A stretch of DNA of 64,000 nucleotides from Rickettsiales bacterium (GCA_021156175.1 JAJNBL010000002.1:197029-261028), one strand, 5' to 3'. Counted from the first letter of the stretch, positions 37,975-47,920 are shown. Notes: a model not told the origin generated them from the sequence alone. Program-made: numbers and translations.

Positions 37975-38742
37975 TTAGAAATGATCTTTTTCTTTGCGTA
38001 ATCGGCCAAAAATCTGGGAAGGCGGTAATCCTTTCACACCCAAATGCTTCTGAATTTCGGGCTGGTTGACGCGCAAGAAAGGATTCGTCGCGCATTCTAA
38101 TCCGATGGTCGAGGGAATTGTAGGGATTCCTTTCTCCCGTAAATCCGCTACTTCTTTTATCCGTAATTGTAGATCCCGATTGTTGGGCTCGACATGCAGC
38201 GCAAACCGTCCATTGGCTTCTGTATATTCATGCGCGCAAAAGACCCGAGTCTCGGGGGGCAGCGCCATAAGTTGCGAAAGGCTTTCCCACATCTGTTCCG
38301 GCGTTCCTTCGAATAACCGTCCGCAGCCGAGCGAAAATAACGTATCGCCGCAAAACAGTGCGGCCTCTGTTTTGAAATAAAATGCGATATGTCCCAGCGT
38401 ATGGCCAGGCAAGAACAGCATTGTCGCTTCACTCATCCCGAGTTTCCAGCAAGCACCTTTTGTGAGTTTTATATCAATGCCGGGAATGCGGTGGGCGTCT
38501 TCTGCAAAGCCCACAATCTTGCAACCCATTGCTTCTTTAAGCGCAAGGTTGCCGCCCACATGATCGCCATGGTGGTGGGTGTTGAGGATGTAATCGAGTT
38601 TCGGATAGCGGTATGTGTGAAGTGCTTCAAGTACTGGAGCCGCATCTGCAGGGTCCACCGCCGCCGTGGTGCCCGTGGAGTCATCGCGAAGGAGAAAAAT
38701 ATAATTATCCTGCCGTGCGGGAAGAAGGTGAATTGTCAGCAT
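37975..38742 (-). CDS. gloB: hydroxyacylglutathione hydrolase (glyoxalase II)
   Basis: 255 aa; metallo-beta-lactamase motif NTHHHGDHVGGN. Confidence 0.92.
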   Translation of the reverse strand: MLTIHLLPARQDNYIFLLRDDSTGTTAAVDPADAAPVLEALHTYRYPKLDYILNTHHHGDHVGGNLALKEAMGCKIVGFAEDAHRIPGIDIKLTKGACWKLGMSEATMLFLPGHTLGHIAFYFKTEAALFCGDTLFSLGCGRLFEGTPEQMWESLSQLMALPPETRVFCAHEYTEANGRFALHVEPNNRDLQLRIKEVADLREKGIPTIPSTIGLECATNPFLRVNQPEIQKHLGVKGLPPSQIFGRLRKEKDHF

Positions 38743-38783
38743 CGCTCTTTACTTTCTGTTAAAACGCAATTATGGCGAGGGAT

Positions 38784-38863
38784 TTTTTTGAAATCAGGTT
38801 CTTAAAAAGCGGAGCGTACTTAAAGGTACGTGAGCATTATTTAGGGTTCTGATTTCGAAAAAA
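38784..38863. repeat. family A short form (copy A4)
   Basis: Core GAGCGTACTTAAAGGTACGTGAGC (38813-38835), flanked by TTTTTTGAAATCAGG... / ...CTGATTTCGAAAAAA arms. Confidence 0.7.
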
Positions 38864-38882
38864 GCACCGGCAGAATTGTGTT

Positions 38883-39551
38883 TCAGCTGCTTGCCTCTGC
38901 AATCGCGCGGTTATAAGCAGCAACCGCCGCTTTCGGACCGTCTTTATGTTCCCATACGCCTGTAACGACCGCTAAGAAATCCGCTCCGGCGTTGACCAGT
39001 GGCGCGCAATTATCCGGCGTGATGCCACCAATCGCGCAGACCGGAAGTTCGGTGTGGGTCGTCCACCAGGAGAGGATCGAAGGATCCGGGCGGCCTTTAG
39101 GCGTTTTGGTTTTGGTGGGATAAAATGCGCCGAATGACACATAATCCGCATCCTGTTCGCCAGAGGCCATCGCAAAATCACGTGAGGCGTAACAGCTTGT
39201 GCCAATCACATAATCCTTGCCCAAGTCTTTGCGAATCTTTGACACAGCATGATCGCGCAAACTTTCTTCGCTTAAGCCCACATGTACACCGTCTGCACCG
39301 AGTTTTTTTACCAAGTTCGGTCGGTCGTTAATGATCAGTGCAATGCCCTGTTCGCGGCACAAAGGGAGGAGCGCTTCAGCCGTGCGGGAAATAGCACTAT
39401 CATTGGCAGGTGTATCGTTATCGTCTTCTTTCAAGCGCACCTGGAGGCAGGCAATATCGCCGCCATCGCGTGCTTTTTTAAATTCTTCGACCAACGTATT
39501 CAAAGCAAAACGTGGCGGAGTGATGAGATAAAGACGGCAAGCTGGCAGCAT
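38883..39551 (-). CDS. thiE: thiamine-phosphate synthase
   Basis: 222 aa; LYLITPP start, GADGVHVG and GGI motifs. Confidence 0.88.
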   Translation of the reverse strand: MLPACRLYLITPPRFALNTLVEEFKKARDGGDIACLQVRLKEDDNDTPANDSAISRTAEALLPLCREQGIALIINDRPNLVKKLGADGVHVGLSEESLRDHAVSKIRKDLGKDYVIGTSCYASRDFAMASGEQDADYVSFGAFYPTKTKTPKGRPDPSILSWWTTHTELPVCAIGGITPDNCAPLVNAGADFLAVVTGVWEHKDGPKAAVAAYNRAIAEASS

Positions 39552-39744
39552 TTATTTTGATAACCCGATTTTATCCATGAAATGAGGGAAAAATTCGTTT
39601 AGGCCTAAATAGATGAGGTAAAACACAAGGATGACAAAAAGTCCGCGAAAGATAAAAGCAAGCATGGGAGAACCATTGTTAAATAATGGGATAAGTTACA
39701 AGAATATTATATTCTTTACTAGTAAAGTCCAGTGTTTATAGCAA

Positions 39745-40851
39745 TTATTTCTTGCAGGATTGCTCAACGAGATCGGCCAAATTTTTTGCCGCTTCCGGTT
39801 GTCCAACCTGATAAGCCGCTTTCGCGGCTTTCTCAAGTCTTACCGGCTCCCTAAAAAGTGATTCTAATAGCGCGGTAAGGGCATTGCTGGTAAATTCCGG
39901 TTGCGGGATCACCCACGCTCCGCCCGCCGCCGCCAAAGCCCGCGCATTCTCGGTTTGATGGTCATCCATCGCATGCGGATAGGGAACCAAAATCGAAGGG
40001 CGGCCAGCAACCGCAAGCTCAGTCACAGTCGAAGCCCCTGCCCGCGCGATCACCAATTGTGCTGTTTCCATATGGCGTGGAAGATCGACAAAAAACGGTG
40101 CAACGGTGGCAGAGATGCCAAGCCCTGCATAATATCCGGTAATCTCCGCCTCATCGTCCTTGCGGCATTGTTGGGTAATCACCAATCGTGCGCGCAAAGC
40201 ATCGGGAAGTGCTGCAATGGCTTTGGGAACCACTTCGCCAAATACGGTGGCGCCTAAACTTCCGCCGGTGATGAGAATATGGATTTTCCCGGTATCTCTG
40301 GGGGGCATATAGGTCATTGAACGTAATGCCTGGACATTCGCCCGCACGGGGTTGCCGGTGGGATAAGTACGTGAACGGGCGGACGTTGGAATGCCTTTCA
40401 CTTCCGGAAAACCCGTGGCCAGTGCCGAAATTTTGGTGCTTAAGAACCGATTCACCCGGCCAAGCAGTGCATTTTGTTCATGGATAATCGAAGGCACGCC
40501 AAATTGCGTTGCCATTAACAGCGGCGGGAACGAAGGATATCCCCCAAATCCAACCACCGCATCGGGCTTAAGATGCGCGAGCAAATAACCCGAACGGATA
40601 ATCCCCAAGCCCAATCGTACTGCGCCTTTGAGTTTTCCGATCAAGCCGCCCGAGAGGCTTGCGCACGGGATCGTATAAATCGGGATATCCGCGAACGCGC
40701 CTTTCTTGTAACGATCATCGAAGCGTTTATCGGTGATGAGGATCGGCTTATGCCCACGCGCAATGAGTATTTCCGCTAATGCTTGTGCGGGAAAAATATG
40801 GCCGCCCGTGCCGCCGGTTGCGAGGAAAATCGTAAGAGGAGAGGTGCTCAT
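39745..40851 (-). CDS. murG: UDP-N-acetylglucosamine--N-acetylmuramyl-(pentapeptide) pyrophosphoryl-undecaprenol N-acetylglucosamine transferase
   Basis: 368 aa; GGTGGHIFPA N-terminal motif; GT28 C-terminal domain. Confidence 0.92.
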   Translation of the reverse strand: MSTSPLTIFLATGGTGGHIFPAQALAEILIARGHKPILITDKRFDDRYKKGAFADIPIYTIPCASLSGGLIGKLKGAVRLGLGIIRSGYLLAHLKPDAVVGFGGYPSFPPLLMATQFGVPSIIHEQNALLGRVNRFLSTKISALATGFPEVKGIPTSARSRTYPTGNPVRANVQALRSMTYMPPRDTGKIHILITGGSLGATVFGEVVPKAIAALPDALRARLVITQQCRKDDEAEITGYYAGLGISATVAPFFVDLPRHMETAQLVIARAGASTVTELAVAGRPSILVPYPHAMDDHQTENARALAAAGGAWVIPQPEFTSNALTALLESLFREPVRLEKAAKAAYQVGQPEAAKNLADLVEQSCKK

Positions 40852-40855
40852 AATA

Positions 40856-41662
40856 TTATCTCGATTTAAGTAAGCTGGAAATACTCATAGAAAGCATGAA
40901 CCCTATCACGCACACGACAACAATGGCGGGTCCGGCAGGAGCGTTAGTTGCAAGCGAACCGCCAAGCCCTCCGCACACGCCGATACATCCAATCAAAGAA
41001 GCATATAGCGCCATCTGTTCGGGTGTTCGTGCAAATCCGCGTGCGGCTGCCGCAGGAACCACGAGAAGTGCCGTAATCAGCAATACGCCCACGATTTTTA
41101 TCGACAGTGCCACAAGCAATGCAAGCAATAACATAAACACCAACCGCAACCGATCGACCGGAATGCCGCGTGCGCGCGCTAAATCGGTGTGAAGGGTGGA
41201 AAGCAATAACGGATTCCAAATCAACGCCAGGCCTAAGAGAATGCCCACGCCACTGAGATAAATCGTGATGATATCTTTATCCGAAATCGCAAGAATATCC
41301 CCAAACAAATACGGCAACAGATCAAGCTGGATCGTATCGACCAGTGCAATCGCCACCAAGCCCGTCGCCAGCGCTCCATGCGCCATGATGCCCAAGATCG
41401 TATCGCTTGAATAGCTTTTCCCGCGTTGTAAGTACGCCACGGCCACGGAGAAAAATAACGCAAAGATTACGATCCCCAACATAATGTGGATGTCGCATAA
41501 AATCGCAAGCGCGACACCTAACAAGGCTGAATGCGATAGCGCATCACCAAAATACGCCATCCGCCGCCAAACGACAAACGCACCGAGTGGACCCGCGACG
41601 ATCGCCACGCCCATTCCGCCGAGCGCTGCTCGTATGATAAAATCATCGAGTCCTAATATCAT
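40856..41662 (-). CDS. znuB: metal (Zn/Mn-type) ABC transporter permease
   Basis: Polytopic ABC-3 family permease (LGVALAILCDIH..., DTILGIMAHGALA). The preferred ATG at 41662 forms an ATGA overlap with the upstream gene's stop. Confidence 0.8.
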   Translation of the reverse strand: MILGLDDFIIRAALGGMGVAIVAGPLGAFVVWRRMAYFGDALSHSALLGVALAILCDIHIMLGIVIFALFFSVAVAYLQRGKSYSSDTILGIMAHGALATGLVAIALVDTIQLDLLPYLFGDILAISDKDIITIYLSGVGILLGLALIWNPLLLSTLHTDLARARGIPVDRLRLVFMLLLALLVALSIKIVGVLLITALLVVPAAAARGFARTPEQMALYASLIGCIGVCGGLGGSLATNAPAGPAIVVVCVIGFMLSMSISSLLKSR

Positions 41663-42438
41663 CGTTTTTCTGCCCGTTCTGCCCAAATCTGGTTGGGGTT
41701 AGTATGCGCATGATAGATCAGGCGTAAAGGATGCTGTGAGGCTGTAGTTAAGGGGATACGAATCGTGCGTTTGGTGTAAGGATACAGCAGTGAAACACCA
41801 CGCACTTCGCCAATCACTTTCTCGCCATCGAATACTTTAAAATCGCCATAAACGGAACGATTGCCGGTGCGGGTCAAGGTCGCATCCAATGTTTTTGCGG
41901 AAGCTTTAAGCGAATCAATCGTCGTGGTCGCGGAAAGTTCTCCTTGCTCTACAATCACCGGGATCGAGACCCCAAAAATCGGCGTGAGTTTAACCGACAG
42001 CTTTTCTTCGCCTGTTGCCAAAGATTCTGCGTCATTGCCGGTGTTTTCCGGAGGAACGGTTTGGAAATACAAATGCGAACGGTATTCACCCGCCTTAAGA
42101 TCCGCAGGTTTTGTCACCATCACGCGGACAATTTGCGACTCTCCCGCCTTTAACGTGATTTGCCGTGGGGCAAACCGTAAGAGCGTATCCGCAAATTGTT
42201 CGCCGTTGGCCGGAGCGGTGATTTCCTCAAAACTCCCATTTTCATGCATCCGCATATGTTTAAGTGACAGGCGGTAGGTGGCTTCTTTATCGCCCCGATT
42301 TACTAAAGTGACTTCTTGGGTGCGCGTTCTTCCTTCAAACACCAAACGCGTTGGTGCCACCATCAGTGTACCTTCGGACTCGGCATAGGCCGCATTGCCC
42401 AAAAGTATCAGCAGGAGGGTACTAAATAAAAATCGCAT
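41659..42438 (-). CDS. periplasmic PapD-like (pilus-chaperone fold) protein, orphan
   Basis: 259 aa; signal peptide ending AYA. LMVAPTRLVFEGRTRTQEVTLVNRGDKEATYRLSL resembles the N-terminal chaperone domain pattern. No usher or pilin is adjacent. Confidence 0.55.
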   Translation of the reverse strand: MRFLFSTLLLILLGNAAYAESEGTLMVAPTRLVFEGRTRTQEVTLVNRGDKEATYRLSLKHMRMHENGSFEEITAPANGEQFADTLLRFAPRQITLKAGESQIVRVMVTKPADLKAGEYRSHLYFQTVPPENTGNDAESLATGEEKLSVKLTPIFGVSIPVIVEQGELSATTTIDSLKASAKTLDATLTRTGNRSVYGDFKVFDGEKVIGEVRGVSLLYPYTKRTIRIPLTTASQHPLRLIYHAHTNPNQIWAERAEKR

Positions 42439-42575
42439 GTCATTCCCTTCGCAATCAATGGATTGGAATATATTCCTTATACGGAAATTTACGACTTGTA
42501 AACCTATGCTCGCCTATGGTGAGATCGTATAGTCATTTCGCTTCATGGGTAATTCTAAATTGAAACAACTATAAT

Positions 42576-43280
42576 ATGTACAAACACCATGATATTCCTT
42601 TGACGGCCTACCCCACGCGCGAAGCGTTAAGCATCGCGCTTGCCGATAAGGCAGAGCTCCTCCTTTCCCGTGCGATCATGGAAAAAGGTTATGCAAGTAT
42701 GGTGGTTTCCGGTGGTACAACGCCCAAACCCTTCTTTGTCGAACTTCACACGCGGAAACTTCGCTGGGATAAGCTGACGATTACGCTTGCCGATGAGCGT
42801 TGGGTGCCAGTGACGTCAGAGGAAAGCAACGAGCATCTGGTTCGCGAATATTTGCTTCATGAGGGTGTAAAATTTATCGGGCTTAAAAACGATGCGTTGA
42901 CGCCGGAAGAAGGGGCTGCTCAGGCTAACCAGGCAATTTTGGGGATTCCTCGTCCGTTTGATCTGGTGATTTTAGGTATGGGTGAAGATGGCCATACAGC
43001 ATCACTTTTCCCGCGGGTGGAGTCTGCACTCAAGGCGCTGGATTGTGATAATGACGCGCTCTGCATGCCCATTCGACCGGCGCAATCCTTAGCGCCGCGG
43101 ATGAGTTTAACGGCGTCTTGTTTGCTAAACAGCCATGCGCTGTGGTTCCATATCACCGGACAAAAAAAACGTGAGGTGATTGAAGCCGCATGGGAGAAAG
43201 GAAAGCCGGAAATGATGAGTCCGGTGAGTATATTTTTACACCAGGATACGGCTCCGGTATCGGTATTTTGGGCGGAGTAA
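42576..43280 (+). CDS. pgl: 6-phosphogluconolactonase
   Basis: 234 aa; SGGTTPKPFF and GMGEDGHTASLFP motifs. Confidence 0.9.
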   Translation: MYKHHDIPLTAYPTREALSIALADKAELLLSRAIMEKGYASMVVSGGTTPKPFFVELHTRKLRWDKLTITLADERWVPVTSEESNEHLVREYLLHEGVKFIGLKNDALTPEEGAAQANQAILGIPRPFDLVILGMGEDGHTASLFPRVESALKALDCDNDALCMPIRPAQSLAPRMSLTASCLLNSHALWFHITGQKKREVIEAAWEKGKPEMMSPVSIFLHQDTAPVSVFWAE

Positions 43281-43298
43281 TAAACATAAAGGAAACCT

Positions 43299-45134
43299 AT
43301 GCCCCATCCAGTGATTGAACAGGTAACGGCACGCATTATTGAGCGCAGCGAAACCTCGCGGGGAGCATACCTTGCCCGCATGCAGCTTGCGCATGAAGAA
43401 CATGTTGCGCGCGCAAGTCTCGATGCAGGCAATCTTGCCCATGGTTGTGCTGCCTGTGGGAGCGAAGAGAAAACCCGTCTTATGGGGAAGAAGGCGCCGA
43501 ATATCGCGATTGTCTCGGCCTATAACGATATGCTTTCTGCACATCAGCCGTATGAAGCCTATCCTGCCGTCATTAAAGAAACGGCGAAGGAATTAGGGGC
43601 AGTCGCCCAATTTGCGGGCGGGGTTCCGGCCATGTGCGATGGGATTACTCAAGGGCATGAAGGGATGGAGCTTTCGCTCTTTAGCCGCGATACGATTGCC
43701 ATGTCTGCCGGGATTGCGCTCTCGCACCGGATGTTCGATGGCGTGCTCGCACTTGGGATTTGCGATAAGATCGTTCCGGGGCTTTTGATGGGAGCGTTGA
43801 GTTTCGCGCATCTGCCTGTGGTGTTTGTCCCCGCAGGACCGATGCCTACAGGGATTTCCAATAAAGAGAAGCAACATATCCGCCAGCAATTTGCCGAAGG
43901 AAAAGTGGGGCGTGAGGCGTTGCTGCAATCGGAAATGGCGGCGTATCATAGTGTGGGAACCTGTACGTTTTATGGCACGGCGAACAGCAACCAAATGCTT
44001 ATGGAAATTATGGGTTTGCAATTGCCGGGAAGTGCTTTTGTGAATCCAGGTACACACTTACGCGATGTGCTCACCCGTGAAGCCACGCGTACGGTGATTA
44101 ATAACACCTCGCTTTTAGGAGAAGCAAAGCCGCTTTTTGAAATATTTGACGAGCGCACGGTGGTCAATGGCATCATCGGGTTGCTTGCCACCGGCGGCTC
44201 AACAAATCATACGCTGCATCTCGTTGCGATTGCGCGTGCCGCAGGGATACGCATTGATTGGGATGATTTCTCTAAGTTATCGAAAGTGATTCCGCTCTTA
44301 ACCCGGATTTACCCCAATGGTGAAGCGGATATCAACCATTTCCACGCAGCAGGAGGAATGGGTTTCCTAATCCGTAGTTTACTCGAAGCGGGATTACTTC
44401 ATGACGATGTCAGGACGATTACCGGAGAAGGGCTGGAGGCCTATACGCGTGAGCCATTCTTGGATATCGCTCGTCCGGGTCGTGCCACCTGGCGGGAAAG
44501 TCCTAAAGTAAGTGGAGATGAAGCGGTGGTGCGCAATGCCGCGACTCCGTTTAGTCCGCAAGGCGGCTTGGTGCTTATGGAAGGAGTAATTGGCCGCGCG
44601 GTGATGAAGATTTCTGCGGTAAAACAAGAGCATCACCGGATTGAAGCCCCTGCCCGCGTCTTTCCAAGTCAAGGAGCGCTCATTGCCGCGTTTAAGGCCG
44701 GGCAATTGCATGGTGATATGGTCGCGGTGATTCCCTATCAAGGCCCGAAAGCCAATGGAATGCCGGAACTCCATAAGCTGACGCCAACGCTTGCCAGCCT
44801 TCAGGATATGGGCTTTAAGGTCGCAATCCTGACCGATGGTAGGATGTCGGGCGCCTCAGGAAAAGTTCCTGCAGTCATCCATGTAAGCCCAGAAGCGGCA
44901 AGTGGTGGGTTAATTGGTAAGATCCGCGATGGGGATAAAATAACGCTCGATGCGACAACCGGAGAAATCACGATCGATGTCCCAACCGATGACTTGAGCG
45001 CGCGGCCTTCTTTGCCATTTAAGAAGGAAGCGAGCGAATTTGGTGTAGGGCGGGAATTATTCTCGACCATGCGTCAAACAGTCAATAGCGCCGAAGAAGG
45101 TGCTTCGTTTATTCAAAGCTCGTGGAAGGAGTAG
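43299..45134 (+). CDS. edd: phosphogluconate dehydratase (Entner-Doudoroff)
   Basis: 611 aa; IlvD/Edd family motifs (CDGITQG, CDKIVPG). Confidence 0.93.
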   Translation: MPHPVIEQVTARIIERSETSRGAYLARMQLAHEEHVARASLDAGNLAHGCAACGSEEKTRLMGKKAPNIAIVSAYNDMLSAHQPYEAYPAVIKETAKELGAVAQFAGGVPAMCDGITQGHEGMELSLFSRDTIAMSAGIALSHRMFDGVLALGICDKIVPGLLMGALSFAHLPVVFVPAGPMPTGISNKEKQHIRQQFAEGKVGREALLQSEMAAYHSVGTCTFYGTANSNQMLMEIMGLQLPGSAFVNPGTHLRDVLTREATRTVINNTSLLGEAKPLFEIFDERTVVNGIIGLLATGGSTNHTLHLVAIARAAGIRIDWDDFSKLSKVIPLLTRIYPNGEADINHFHAAGGMGFLIRSLLEAGLLHDDVRTITGEGLEAYTREPFLDIARPGRATWRESPKVSGDEAVVRNAATPFSPQGGLVLMEGVIGRAVMKISAVKQEHHRIEAPARVFPSQGALIAAFKAGQLHGDMVAVIPYQGPKANGMPELHKLTPTLASLQDMGFKVAILTDGRMSGASGKVPAVIHVSPEAASGGLIGKIRDGDKITLDATTGEITIDVPTDDLSARPSLPFKKEASEFGVGRELFSTMRQTVNSAEEGASFIQSSWKE

Positions 45135-45137
45135 GCT

Positions 45138-45752
45138 ATGAAGGAAATATTCGCACTAAGTCCTGTTATGCCTGTCATTGCACTCGAACGCGAAGAAGAT
45201 GCGATTCCCTTAGGCGAAGCCTTGCTTGCGGGGGGGATTAAGGTCATGGAAATCACCCTTCGGACCCCTGCTGGGCTTCCCTCAATTGCGCGGTTACGAA
45301 AATCCTTACCAGAGATGACCGTAGGAGCCGGAACCATCACAACACCCGAACAATTCGGTGCAGCCAAAGAGGCAGGAGCTCAATTTATCGTAAGTCCTGG
45401 CGCAAGTTCGCGTCTTTTTTCGGTGGCAAAAGAAAGTTCGCGCCTTCCCTTTTTACCCGGAGCTGTGACTCCATCGGAAATCATGGCGGCACGCGAGGAA
45501 GGATTTACCTGCCTCAAATTTTTCCCGGCAGTCGCCGCGGGAGGAATTGCGATGCTTAAAAGCATTGAAGCCGTATTTCCGGATGTCTCTTTCTGCCCGA
45601 CCGGAGGGATTGATGCGGGAAATTATCGTGATTTCCTAGCGCTTTCCAACGTTGCATGCGTAGGCGGAACCTGGCTGGTTGCGAAACCGCTCTTGTCTGC
45701 TCGCGATTGGAAAGCCGTCACCGCTCATGCGAAAGCGATTCCTAAGCGGTAA
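45138..45752 (+). CDS. eda: KDPG / KHG aldolase
   Basis: 204 aa; GIKVMEITLRTP and LKFFPA motifs; directly follows edd. Confidence 0.9.
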   Translation: MKEIFALSPVMPVIALEREEDAIPLGEALLAGGIKVMEITLRTPAGLPSIARLRKSLPEMTVGAGTITTPEQFGAAKEAGAQFIVSPGASSRLFSVAKESSRLPFLPGAVTPSEIMAAREEGFTCLKFFPAVAAGGIAMLKSIEAVFPDVSFCPTGGIDAGNYRDFLALSNVACVGGTWLVAKPLLSARDWKAVTAHAKAIPKR

Positions 45753-45813
45753 AATATATTTACCCCCACCCAAATTCTGCTAGGATGCAGCCGAAATACC
45801 TTAAGATAACGTA

Positions 45814-45935
45814 CTTTTCGCTAGGCTGAGCCGGAAAATAGTAATTTTCCTAAAGCCGGAGCAGAGCGTACTTAAGGGTACGTGAGCACAGGAAGTTAGG
45901 AAAATTACTAGTTAACGGCCAGCATAGTAGAAAAG
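45814..45935. repeat. family A long form (copy A2)
   Basis: Same ends and core as 1437-1558. Arm TAGTAATTTTCC (45839-45850) pairs perfectly with GGAAAATTACTA (45899-45910). Confidence 0.75.
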
Positions 45936-45940
45936 AAACC

Positions 45941-46954
45941 ATGCGTATCCTAGCCATTGAGAGTAGCTGTGATGAAACCGCGGTCGCGATTGTAAGCGAT
46001 ACCCGCGAAATCCTTGCGCATACGGTCGTTTCCCAATTAGAAGAACATCGCCCCTATGGTGGTGTGGTGCCGGAGATTGCAGCCCGGTCGCATATTATGC
46101 ATCTGGATCAGCTGGTTGCAAAGACATTGAAAGATGCTGGTTTAAGTTATTCCGATCTCGATGCGGTGGCGGCAACGGCGGGCCCAGGATTGATTGGTGG
46201 CGTGATGGTAGGCGTGATGACCGCCAAAGCCATTGCGAGTGCGGCTTCCCTTCCCTTCATCGCTGTGAATCACTTAGAAGGCCATGCGCTGACCATTCGC
46301 CTCACCGATAACCTTCCCTTTCCTTATCTTCTCCTCCTTGTTTCCGGCGGGCATTGCCAATTATTGGCGGTGGAAGATGTTGGAAAATATCAGCGCTTAG
46401 GTTCTACGATCGATGATGCGCTTGGGGAAGCTTATGACAAGGTCGCGAAGATGCTGGGTTTGGGTTATCCGGGAGGTCCCAAGGTTGAGCAATATGCGCT
46501 TAAAGGCAATGCGAAGCGTTTTGCACTCCCTCGGCCATTGCTTGGGCGCCCAGACTGCAATTTTTCTTTTTCCGGCTTAAAAACGGCTGTTAAACGCGAA
46601 GTAGATGCATTGGGCGAAGGACTTTCCAGGCGAGATGCAGAAGATATCTGTGCCTCCTTCCAAGCGGCGATTGGTGATGTGCTTAACGATCGCGTTGCTC
46701 GGGCGTTAGTGCAGTTCTCAGCACTCTATCCCGATGCAAGACGCTTTGTCCTTGCGGGTGGCGTTGCGGCAAATCAGTATATCCGTGGAAGGTTAGAGTC
46801 GTTATTACGCGATCACGGATTTACACTTCATGCCCCTCCTCCGGCATTATGTACGGATAATGCCGCAATGATCGGTTGGGTCGGAGTAGAACTCTTCACC
46901 CGCGGCATTACCCATGACCTCGATATCGGCGCGCGCGCCATGTGGCCACTGTAG
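45941..46954 (+). CDS. tsaD: tRNA N6-adenosine threonylcarbamoyltransferase TsaD
   Basis: 337 aa; [15 protein letters not shown]-terminus; NHLEGH metal motif. Confidence 0.94.
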   Translation: MRILAIESSCDETAVAIVSDTREILAHTVVSQLEEHRPYGGVVPEIAARSHIMHLDQLVAKTLKDAGLSYSDLDAVAATAGPGLIGGVMVGVMTAKAIASAASLPFIAVNHLEGHALTIRLTDNLPFPYLLLLVSGGHCQLLAVEDVGKYQRLGSTIDDALGEAYDKVAKMLGLGYPGGPKVEQYALKGNAKRFALPRPLLGRPDCNFSFSGLKTAVKREVDALGEGLSRRDAEDICASFQAAIGDVLNDRVARALVQFSALYPDARRFVLAGGVAANQYIRGRLESLLRDHGFTLHAPPPALCTDNAAMIGWVGVELFTRGITHDLDIGARAMWPL

Positions 46955-47079
46955 AGCATTTTCCATTTCCGTATATAGGTTGTCGGGCATCGGATTTGTC
47001 GGTCTGCACGTAGATTGACTACGCTTACGGCCTCCTCAGCTTGCGCTTCTAGTCTATACGGAAAGCGAAAGCGCTCTTA
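46952..47079. repeat. family B element, inverted copy (B2)
   Basis: Its reverse complement aligns over about 128 bp with 2632-2758. Its first 3 nt are the tsaD TAG stop codon. Confidence 0.8.
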
Positions 47080-47177
47080 TATGCTACCCTCACTTAATCA
47101 CCTTCTCTTAACACTTATCTTTTATACTGCTTTCCAAAGAGCGTATAAATTGCGCATCGTATAAGGAATGTACAAAG

Positions 47178-47876
47178 ATGTTATCTAGCCGCCGCCTAAA
47201 ACAAGGGTTTACCTTAGTAGAGATGAGTATCGTGCTCACGATTATTGGCCTGTTGATCGGTGCTGTAATCGGAGGATTAAAAGTGAAGCGCAGCCTCGAA
47301 GTAAACCAGGCGATGGAAGGGATCACAACGTTACGGGAAGCGATAGCGACCTTTAAAAAACGCTATAACGGCCTTCCGGGGGATTTATGGAATGCGCAAA
47401 CGTTATTTGGTACGACGAATACGAGCAATGGCAATGGGGATGGTCTTTTGACCGATACTTCCGCAGATAATTTGCGTTTCTTCCAACATCTATCATTAGC
47501 GGGCGTGATTGCTGGAGCCTATGATGGCGCAACGATTAAGCCAGGTGTAGGGCTTATGGCGGGAAGTATTCGGGGATCCGCCTATAGTATTGTTTCTCTG
47601 AATTCCTCTTCCCATTATCTCTTTTTTTCAAAATTTAGAGATACCGATGGAGACGGGGCCATTGAATGGATTTTTAGTGAGGATGCACTTGCGGTTTTGA
47701 CCCCTCAAGAGATGTGGAAAATTGATACAGAAAATGACGATGGCAATCCCGCTGCAGGCCGGATCCAAAGCTTTGATGGTTCGGATGTTACGGCAGGAAG
47801 CTGCGTTACCGGTGGAGCTTATAACCTTTCGTACAAATCAGACGCCTGCGTAGTGCAAGTACAGCTAAATGAATAG
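47178..47876 (+). CDS. prepilin-type N-terminal cleavage/methylation domain protein (type IV pilin / pseudopilin-like)
   Basis: 232 aa; class III signal KQG|FTLVEMSIVLTIIGLLIGAV; C-terminal Cys pair. Confidence 0.78.
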   Translation: MLSSRRLKQGFTLVEMSIVLTIIGLLIGAVIGGLKVKRSLEVNQAMEGITTLREAIATFKKRYNGLPGDLWNAQTLFGTTNTSNGNGDGLLTDTSADNLRFFQHLSLAGVIAGAYDGATIKPGVGLMAGSIRGSAYSIVSLNSSSHYLFFSKFRDTDGDGAIEWIFSEDALAVLTPQEMWKIDTENDDGNPAAGRIQSFDGSDVTAGSCVTGGAYNLSYKSDACVVQVQLNE

Positions 47877-47897
47877 CTGTAAAATAAATTTACCAAA

Positions 47898-47913
47898 TGT
47901 TTCACGTGAAACA
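47898..47913. other. parS centromere-like site
   Basis: TGTTTCACGTGAAACA; extended 22-bp palindrome 47895-47916. Confidence 0.85.
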
Positions 47914-47920
47914 TTTTAGA

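Noticed and set aside
39552-39744. A TPP riboswitch upstream of thiE, and a cobalamin riboswitch upstream of cobS (11686-11873)
   Set aside because: I could find neither the conserved CUGAGA/ACCUGA elements of the THI box nor a B12 box. The cobS leader is occupied by an A-like repeat.
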